64,000 nucleotides of DNA from Acidobacteriota bacterium (GTDB lineage Bacteria; Acidobacteriota; Polarisedimenticolia; J045), in the NCBI GenBank assembly GCA_025456425.1, contig JALOKP010000013.1, forward strand, positions 480-64,479, given 5' to 3'. The position numbers were made by a program, and so were the translations under genes. The notes beneath the pieces are model-generated. The model searched no databases, was not told where the DNA came from, and was given only the letters and a program-made list of their open reading frames with translations. Position 1 is the first letter of the stretch. Each line of letters starts with the position of its first letter. Below, in pieces: positions 56,093 through 63,300 of the stretch.

Positions 56093-56829
56093 CCGGGCTG
56101 CCTCGGCGCCGGCGGACTTGAACCGCCGGCGCCGTAGCGGCTTGAGAATGCAATGGCCGCCGCGCCGCCCGGCACGAATACCGTCAGCGTCAGGACCTGA
56201 GAACTCGACAGCGGTCCGAGCCAGAGCGGGGTGTCGGCTCTGAGGAAGTCCGTTGAGAACCGGATGACACCATACCCGAACAGTAGCGTGCCGATCGATC
56301 GCCAAGTAGGAGCGGGGCGGAGTAGATAGACTCCCAGCAGAGCAATCAGGAAGGCCTCATAGAGCGGAACAGGGTGCAGGGGCAGAGGGCCCAAGGATCT
56401 GCCCGCGGTGGTACCGAGGTTGTACCTGACTCCCCATGGCAGCCTTGTGGGCATGCCGAAGCAACAGCCCGCCATGAAGCACTGGATCCGACCGAGCACG
56501 GCCGATATGGCAACGGCGGGCGCCAAGCAGTCGAGGACTGGACCCACCGGCACGCGAAGAAGTAGAGCCCCAATCGCCGCGCCAGCGCAACCACCGATGA
56601 GTCCTCCCAGAAGAGACCGCGGAGGAGCGAGAGGAGCAGATACGGTCGCCTGCATTCCGGCGAGCCACGTCATCTGACCGAAAAAAACAAACCAGATGAA
56701 TCGGCTACCGACAAGCCCGCCTAGTACGGCCGGGCAGACCAATATCTTCGATCTAAGATCGAGACACCGCCAACTCACGCCCAGGAATACCGATACTCCG
56801 AGAGCGAGGGGCAGGAGTTCGTTTGGCAT
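56089..56829 (-). CDS. lgt: Prolipoprotein diacylglyceryl transferase (Lgt)-family protein, island-borne paralog
   Basis: LGRIQCFMAGCCFGMPTRLPWGV, HPVPLYEAFL and LLFGYGVIRFSTDFLRAD match Lgt signature blocks. Start at MPNELLP is inferred. Confidence 0.7.
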   Translation of the reverse strand: MPNELLPLALGVSVFLGVSWRCLDLRSKILVCPAVLGGLVGSRFIWFVFFGQMTWLAGMQATVSAPLAPPRSLLGGLIGGCAGAAIGALLLRVPVGPVLDCLAPAVAISAVLGRIQCFMAGCCFGMPTRLPWGVRYNLGTTAGRSLGPLPLHPVPLYEAFLIALLGVYLLRPAPTWRSIGTLLFGYGVIRFSTDFLRADTPLWLGPLSSSQVLTLTVFVPGGAAAIAFSSRYGAGGSSPPAPRQPG

Positions 56830-57215
56830 GCACGATCTCCGGCGCCAAACCGACGCGCAAGCGCTATATCCCGCTTTCCAGCAGCTGCTCAGGGTAGCAC
56901 AGGCGGAGGGGACTGAAGGCGACACCGCGGCCGGGTTGGTTCCGGCGCCGGTCGCGACGGCCGGCCAGGGAGCCAGAGAGGTTCAACCGCACGTCCGGGA
57001 GGGACGTTGACTTCGACGGCCGGCAAGGTGCAGTCTTGTTGCGTAGGCGGGACCGCCGAGTGCGTCAACACCCGACGGCCCCTAACCCGCGACGTGGAGA
57101 TAGCCACGATGCGAGCTGTCCGAAGCGTACCGCATCCTGCGATCGTTCGGGGCGTTCTGCCGCCGGCAAGTGCCGGTCAGCCGTCGTGCGTCTCCACCGC
57201 GAGGAGGAGGAGACG

Positions 57216-57407
57216 ATGACCACGCGCACGCTCGACCTGATCCCCCACGCACGTCTGGCGGACCTGCCGCCCGAGACACTCGACGCGATCCTGGCCGAGG
57301 TCGACGCGATGCTCGAGCACGCCGACGATACCGACCCGGCCCAGTACGAGGCGGCCGCGGACCGGTTCTTCGCCGCGATCCGGGCGGCGGCCGAGGGGGA
57401 GGAGTAG
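57216..57407 (+). CDS. Small acidic hypothetical protein upstream of int
   Basis: Strong SD GAGGAGGAGGAG 4 nt before the ATG. Its TAG stop abuts the integrase ATG (TAGATG). Confidence 0.4.
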   Translation: MTTRTLDLIPHARLADLPPETLDAILAEVDAMLEHADDTDPAQYEAAADRFFAAIRAAAEGEE

Positions 57408-58541
57408 ATGGCCGTTCACAAGTACGAACGGAGCGACGGGAGTACGGTCTACTTCGCCAGCTACCGCGGGCCGGACGGGAAGCGGATCACGGACGAGCCG
57501 AAGGGCCGGCGCACCGTGAAGCCGGACGCGTCCGCGAAGGAGCACGCCCGCGCCCGGCTGGCGGTCAGCAACTACGCGAGCACGCGCCGGACCGAAGTCG
57601 AAAACGGGACGTGGCAGCCGCTCGAGAGCGACCGGCCGAAGGAAAAGGGGCTCACGGTCCGGGCGCTCGCGAAGCGGTTCACGGCGCAATACCGGAGCCG
57701 GAACGGGAGCGTCACCTTCTACGAGCAGCGCCTCGCGGCGATCGACGACGAGCTCGGCGCCCTGCTCGCCTCGCGCGTGACGGTCGACGACGTGGAGCGG
57801 TTCAAGAATCGGCGGTCCGACAAGGCCGGGCCCGCGACGGTCAAGAAAGACCTCGTGGCGCTCTCCAAGGTCTTTCGGTGGGCGCAGCACCGCGGGCTCG
57901 TGAAGGACAACCCGGCCGAGGCCCGGCGCGTCCCCCGCCCTGCTGAGCCGCGGCGCAAGGTGGTGTTCCTCGACGATGACCAGGAGGCGGCGCTGCTCGC
58001 GGCCGCGGACCTGTGGCTCTCGCGCATCGTCCGGTGGATGCTCGGGACGGGCATGGACCGGGGTGAGGTCGTCGCGCTCCGGTGGGAGAACGTCGACCTC
58101 ACCCGCGGGACGGTCTACGCGCCGCGGGCGAAAACCGGGGTGGCCCGGAGCATCGCCCTGACCGACACCCTCCGGGCGCTGCTCGAGGAGTGCCGGAAGT
58201 CGGACCCCTCGCACGGGGGCGAGGTCGTCTCGCTCGAGGCCCGGCGGGAGGGGCTGGTCTTCCTGAACGCGCACGGCGGCCCGGTGACGGTGGCCGGGCT
58301 GAAGACTGCTTTCGTGAAGCTGTACCGGCGGGCGGGGGTGACGACCGGCTCGCCGGCGAAGGTGCTCCGGCACACGTTCGCGACGCGGGCCCTCGAGGCG
58401 GGCGTGCACCCCTCGGTGCTGGCCGATCTGCTCGGGCACACGAGCATTGCAAAAAGCCGAGACGGCGCACGCGCCCCGCAAGGGAGCCTGACGCATCATG
58501 CTGACTTTTCGGGGGTTATTGGTCGGGGTGCCGAGATTTGA
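57408..58541 (+). CDS. int: Tyrosine-recombinase-family integrase; the C-terminal catalytic Tyr motif could not be found (possibly defective)
   Basis: N-terminal SAM-like/arm region, GMDRGEVVALRWENVDL, AKTGVARSIAL, LRHTFATRALEAG, LLGHTSIA. The ORF then reads KSRDGARAPQG... into the att repeat without Y-x-H. Confidence 0.75.
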   Translation: MAVHKYERSDGSTVYFASYRGPDGKRITDEPKGRRTVKPDASAKEHARARLAVSNYASTRRTEVENGTWQPLESDRPKEKGLTVRALAKRFTAQYRSRNGSVTFYEQRLAAIDDELGALLASRVTVDDVERFKNRRSDKAGPATVKKDLVALSKVFRWAQHRGLVKDNPAEARRVPRPAEPRRKVVFLDDDQEAALLAAADLWLSRIVRWMLGTGMDRGEVVALRWENVDLTRGTVYAPRAKTGVARSIALTDTLRALLEECRKSDPSHGGEVVSLEARREGLVFLNAHGGPVTVAGLKTAFVKLYRRAGVTTGSPAKVLRHTFATRALEAGVHPSVLADLLGHTSIAKSRDGARAPQGSLTHHADFSGVIGRGAEI

Positions 58542-58565
58542 ACTCGGGACCCCCTGCTCCCGAAG
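58518..58565. repeat. attR-type direct repeat (3' 46 nt of the intact tRNA-Pro plus 2 nt)
   Basis: Identical to 49658-49705. It ends one base past the anticodon loop, on its 5' side. Confidence 0.9.
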
Positions 58566-58596
58566 CAGGTGCGCTACCAGGCTGCGCTACACCCCG
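58520..58596 (-). tRNA. tRNA-Pro (anticodon CGG)
   Basis: Hand-folded 77-nt cloverleaf: CGGGGTG acceptor, GCGC/GCGC D stem, CCTGC-TTCGGGA-GCAGG anticodon arm, CCGAG-TTCAAAT-CTCGG T arm, encoded CCA. Confidence 0.9.
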
Positions 58597-58638
58597 ACCG
58601 GTTCAGAGCCGGAGGAAACCGGTTCAGAGCCGGAGGAA
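58597..58638. repeat. Perfect 21-bp tandem duplication immediately upstream of tRNA-Pro
   Basis: accggttcagagccggaggaa occurs twice (58597-58617 and 58618-58638). Each unit contains CCGG-N7-CCGG. Confidence 0.85.
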
Positions 58639-58661
58639 ACTAGCCGATCGGGGGCGGTCTG

Positions 58662-59336
58662 TCAAAGCCCGCTGCGGCGCGGGTAGCCGAAGCGGCCGAT
58701 CAGCGGGACGAAGGAGGCCTCGCCGTGGTCCTGCTCGACCAGCTGGCCGGCGTCGAGCGTGACCACCACCAGCCGTTGCTCCTTCCCCTCCGCGTCGCGC
58801 GCGAGGGGGAGGACGAGCCGGCCGCCCGGCGCGAGCTGCCCGACCAGCGCGGACGGGATCTCCGGGGCGGCCGCCGTGACGAGGATGCCGGCGTAGGGCG
58901 CCTGGGCGGCCCAGCCGTAGCTGCCGTCGAAGTGCTTCACCGTCGCCGACAGGTAGCCCAGGTCCCGCAGCCGCGCCGCGGCCTCGCGGGCCAGCGCGGC
59001 GTGGCGCTCCACCGAGAAGACGATCAGCCCCATCGCCGCCAGGACCGCGGCGTGGTAGCCGCTGCCCGAGCCGATCTCGAGCACCTTCGACCCGCGCGCC
59101 GCGCCGATCAGTTCACACATCCGGGCCACGGTCCAGGGGAGGCTCATCGTCTGCCCCTCGCCGATCGGCAGGCGCTCGTCCTCGTAGGCCCGGCCGCGCA
59201 GCGCCTCGGGGACGAAGGCCTCGCGCGGCACCGCCGCCATCGCCTCCAGCACGCGCGTGTCGGCGATCCCCTGGGACCGCAGGCGGTCGACCATCCGCGC
59301 GCGGCGCACCGCGGCCGTCGAGGGGCGGGCGGTCAC
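58662..59336 (-). CDS. pcm: Protein-L-isoaspartate O-methyltransferase
   Basis: VLEAMAAVPREAFVPE...PIGEGQTMSLPWTVARM...VLEIGSGSGYHAAVLA...LVTAAAPEIP. The GTG start overlaps the surE stop (GTGA). Confidence 0.9.
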   Translation of the reverse strand: MTARPSTAAVRRARMVDRLRSQGIADTRVLEAMAAVPREAFVPEALRGRAYEDERLPIGEGQTMSLPWTVARMCELIGAARGSKVLEIGSGSGYHAAVLAAMGLIVFSVERHAALAREAAARLRDLGYLSATVKHFDGSYGWAAQAPYAGILVTAAAPEIPSALVGQLAPGGRLVLPLARDAEGKEQRLVVVTLDAGQLVEQDHGEASFVPLIGRFGYPRRSGL

Positions 59337-60100
59337 GGGCCCAGCGCCGCCGCGAAGTCCCAGCGCTCGAAGCCCGGGATCGCGCGGTGATAGGTCAGGT
59401 CCGAGTGCAGCGGCGTGATCGACACCAGGCCCTCCGCGATCGCCTGGTGGTCGGCCAGCGGTTCGGGCACCCACTCGGTCGGCGGCAGCCCGACCCAGCG
59501 GAATCCCTCGGCGCCGTCGGCCGGGCGCACCAGCAGCCCCTCGCGCAGCGAGCGCCGGCCCTGGCGCGTGATCCGCACTCCCGTCGGGGCCTGCGGCACG
59601 TTCACATTGAGTACCGCGTCGGCCGGCAGGCCGCGCTCGAGCACGGCTTTGGCGACCCGCGCCGCGATCTCCGCGGCCCGCGCCTGGACCGGTCCGGGGG
59701 CGTCGAAACCGACCGACACCGCGAGGCTCGGCGCGCCCAGCGTGCGGCCTTCGAGCGCGGCGGCGACCGTGCCGGAGTAGAGGATGTCGTCGGCCAGGTT
59801 GTAGCCGTTGTTGATCCCGGACACGACCAGGTCGGGCGGCGCGCCGAGCAGGTGCAGGAAAGCCAGGTTCACGCAGTCGGTGGGAGTTCCCTCGACCGCG
59901 TACCAGCCCGCCCGCTCCTCCCGGACCCGCAGCGGCCGGCGCAGCGACAGGGAGTGCGCCACCCCCGACTGCTCGCTGGCGGGGGCGACCACGGCGACCT
60001 CGCCCACCCGGGCCAGGGCGGCCGCCAGGACAGCCAGTCCGGCGGCGGCGACGCCGTCGTCGTTGGTCACGAGGATCCGCGGCCGCTCCGCAGCGGGCAC
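59333..60100 (-). CDS. surE: 5'/3'-nucleotidase SurE
   Basis: RILVTNDDGVAAAGL...SGINNGYNLADDILYSGTVAAALEG. Classic surE-pcm pairing. Confidence 0.9.
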   Translation of the reverse strand: MPAAERPRILVTNDDGVAAAGLAVLAAALARVGEVAVVAPASEQSGVAHSLSLRRPLRVREERAGWYAVEGTPTDCVNLAFLHLLGAPPDLVVSGINNGYNLADDILYSGTVAAALEGRTLGAPSLAVSVGFDAPGPVQARAAEIAARVAKAVLERGLPADAVLNVNVPQAPTGVRITRQGRRSLREGLLVRPADGAEGFRWVGLPPTEWVPEPLADHQAIAEGLVSITPLHSDLTYHRAIPGFERWDFAAALGP

Positions 60101-60303
60101 CGGTCGTCTCCGTCCGGCGGCGTCCGGCGCCGCCCGAAGTGGGCGAGGTTAGGAGGACCGCGGGCCCCCGGTCAATCCGCCCCTTGCTCCCCCCCCGATT
60201 GACGGTAGCTTCAGGCCAGGCCAGGGGCGCGGACTGGGGACCCGAACGGCTCGGGCGCCCGCCGACGGCGCACCGGGCGCCTGCGGCCGAGGACGTGAGC
60301 GAG

Positions 60304-63300
60304 ATGACGGCATTCCCGGAGCAGCTCCGGGCCGGAGCGCGGCGCGCCATCGCGGCGCGTGCGCTCGGCGTGGCGCTGACCCTGGGGGCCCTCGGGCTCG
60401 CCCTCGCGGCGCCTCCCCTTCCGGCGCCCGGCCCCGCCGCTGCCGACCCGCGCGCCGACTGGCTGCAACGCGTCGAACTGCTCCGGTCGGCCTGGCGCGA
60501 CCCCTCCGCCCCGGTACCGCCCCCCGAGGAGATCGCCCGGCGCGTCGCGGACGAGCGGCGGATGGAGCAGGCGCTCGTCGCGCTCACCGGCGCGCCGCTC
60601 GAGCCCTCCGCGATCGGCCGCGAGTGGAGCCGGATGGTCGAGCGCTCGCGCGACCCGGCGCGGCTCCTGGCGCTGGCGGAGGCCCTCGACTTCGACCGCC
60701 TCGCGCTGGTCGAGACGCTGGCGCGCCCGGCGCTGGTCGAGCGCCGACTGCGCGCCTGGTGGGAGGCGCGGGAGGCCGCGGCGGGGCCGGCCCGCGACGA
60801 GGCTGCTGCGCTGCGCGCCGCCGTCGAGGCGGGCGAGATCGACCCGCGCTCCCCTCACGCCCGGCGCGAGTCCGTCCTGTACCTGCCGTCCGGGTGCCCG
60901 GCGGAACTGCTGCAGCGCGACGACGCGCAGCCGACCGACGATCCCGCGCGCTGGCAGGAACTGCGCGGACGCTGGGCCGGCCTGGGCGAGCCGGGCCCGG
61001 TGGTCGCGGGCGGCGGCGGCGCGTTGTTCGAGGTGCGGCTGGCGGACCTCGACTGCGGCGCGGTCGAGGTCGCACGCTTCGCGGTGCCGGCCGTCTCCTT
61101 CGCCGCGTGGTGGGCCGGCGCGGCGGCCTCCTTCGAGCCCGCACCGGCCCCTCCGACGCTGACGCGCGAAGTCCTGGCCGGGCTGCCGCTCCCACTCGCG
61201 CCCGGGGCCCCGCTCGGCGGAGACGGACCCTCCGGCTGCGACGAGGCCTGGAACGGGGCGAGTCTCGACGACGTGCCCGACCCGCGCGAGGGACCCACCG
61301 CGGTCTGGACCGGCGCGGAGATGATCGTCTGGGGCGGTCGGGCCGGCGAGCCGCTCGCGACCGGCGGGCGCTACGACCCGGCGACCGACTCGTGGCGGTC
61401 GCTCCGGCAGCTCGGTGCGCCGGCCGCCCGCTCCTGGCACACCGCCGTCTGGACCGGGAGCCAGATGCTCGTCTGGGGCGGCATCGACGGCGACCCGCTC
61501 GGCAACGGGGCCGCGTACGATCCCGCGTCCGATGCCTGGAGCGCGATCCCCGCGCTGGGCGCCCCGGCGGCCCGCTCGCGTCACCTCGCGGCGTGGACCG
61601 GCAGCGAGATGCTGATCTGGGGCGGCGAGGGGCCGGGGTTCACCAACCTCGCCGACGGCGCGCGCTACGACCCCGCGTCCGGGGCCTGGAGCCCGCTCCC
61701 CGCGAGCGGCGCGCCCTCGCCGCGCAAGGACTTCGCCGGGGCCTGGACCGGGACCGAGCTGGTCGTCTGGGGCGGGTTCGACCTGGGCGTCTACCTGGGC
61801 GACGGCGCGGCCTTGAACCTGGCGGCGGGTACCTGGCGCCCGCTCTCCGGGCTCAACGCGCCGGCCGCGCGGCGCCAGCACACCGCGGTCTGGACCGGGA
61901 CCGAACTGGTCGTCTGGGGCGGCGCCAACGCGACGAGCTACTTCTTCAGCGGCGGCCGCTACGACCCCGCGACCGACTCGTGGCGCCCGACCAGCGAGGC
62001 GAACCCGCCCGCCGGTCGGCGCTACCACACGGCGGTCTGGTCCGGGTCGCGGATGCTGGTCTGGGGTGGCGAGTCGTCCGGTGCCGGCGAACTGCTCGCG
62101 ACCGGCGGCGCCTACGACCCGTCCGCCGACACCTGGAACGAGGTCCCGGCGACCGGCGCCCCGAGCGCGCGGCGGTTCCACGCCGCGGTCTTCACCGGCA
62201 CCGAGATGCTGGTCTGGGGCGGCCGGAGCGCGACGCGCAGCGAGGACACCGGGGGGCGCTGGGCACCCCTGGCGTCGTCCTGGCAGGCGATCTCGCGCGG
62301 AGCGGGACCGGCCCGGCGGGCGCGACACAGCGGGACGTGGACCGGTGCCGAGTTCATCGTGTGGGGCGGGGCCGACGAGGTCGACCTGGGCGACGGCGCG
62401 CGCTACGAGCCCGCGACCGACGCCTGGCGCGCGACGACCGCGCAGGGCGCCCCGGTCCCGCGCAAGGACCACACGGCCGTCTGGACCGGCACCCGGCTGA
62501 TCGTGTGGGGCGGTCGCCAGGCCGAGGACACGCGGCTCAACACGGGCGGCCGTTACGACCCCGCGGGGGATCGCTGGTTTCCAACCTCGGCGGCCGGCGT
62601 GCCGACGCCGCGCTGGGGCCACAGCGCGGTCTGGACCGGGAGCCGGATGATCGTCTGGGGTGGCAAGGAGACCGGGATCCCGACCGACACCGGGGGGCGC
62701 TACGACCCGGTCGGCGATGCCTGGCTGCCGACCGACACCAGCACGGCCCCGTCGTTCCGGCGCTGGCACACCGCCGTCTGGACCGGCAGCGAAATGATCG
62801 TCTGGGGCGGCGAGGCGGCCGAGATCCTCGGTGACGGGCGGCGCTACGACCCGGTGACCGACCGCTGGTCCTCGATGCGGACCGGCGGTGCGCCGCCGCC
62901 GCGCTACCACCACACCGCGGTCTGGACCGGGACCGAGATGATCGTCTGGGGCGGATACGGCGCGGGCCAGCTCGGTGACGGCGCCCGCTACCGGCCCGCC
63001 GATGACAGCTGGGCGGCGTTGCCCTCGCTCGGCGCCCCCGCGCCGCGCTACTACCACACCGCGGTCCTGACCGGGACCGAGATGATCGTCTGGGGCGGCC
63101 TCGGGAACGGCAGCCTGCAGAGCGGCGGGCGCTTCTCGCTGGCCAGCGGCACCTGGTCGCCGACCACGCTGGTCGAGGCTCCCGCGGCGCGCCACCTGCA
63201 TGCCGCCCGCTGGACCGGGGGCGAGATGATCGTCTGGGGCGGGCTGGGCGGCAGTACGCTGGGCAGCGGCAACCGCTACGCCCCGGGCGCCCAGGCCGAC

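Larger units (their letters stand above)
49658..58565. mobile_element. ~8.9-kb tRNA-Pro-integrated element, phage-satellite-like (or highly reduced prophage remnant)
   Basis: It is bounded by a perfect 48-bp direct repeat that reconstitutes the tRNA 3' part. The tyrosine integrase sits next to the tRNA. It carries xis-like HTH, Prim-Pol, P-loop, 2x HNH and TerS genes but no structural or lysis genes, and has an internal low-GC cargo. Confidence 0.78.

Noticed and set aside
58498-58686. 62-aa plus-strand ORF with GSEPEET-GSEPEET
   Set aside because: It is simply the translation of the tRNA-Pro antisense plus the 21-bp tandem repeat, so it is not a gene.
60211-63201. 996-aa minus-strand ORF covering the Kelch-repeat region
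   Set aside because: It is an Arg/Pro/Gly-rich nonsense translation, antisense to a frame with clean, repeated W-T-G-x-E-M-I-V-W-G-G blades. Long antisense ORFs are expected at this GC content because stop codons are AT-rich.
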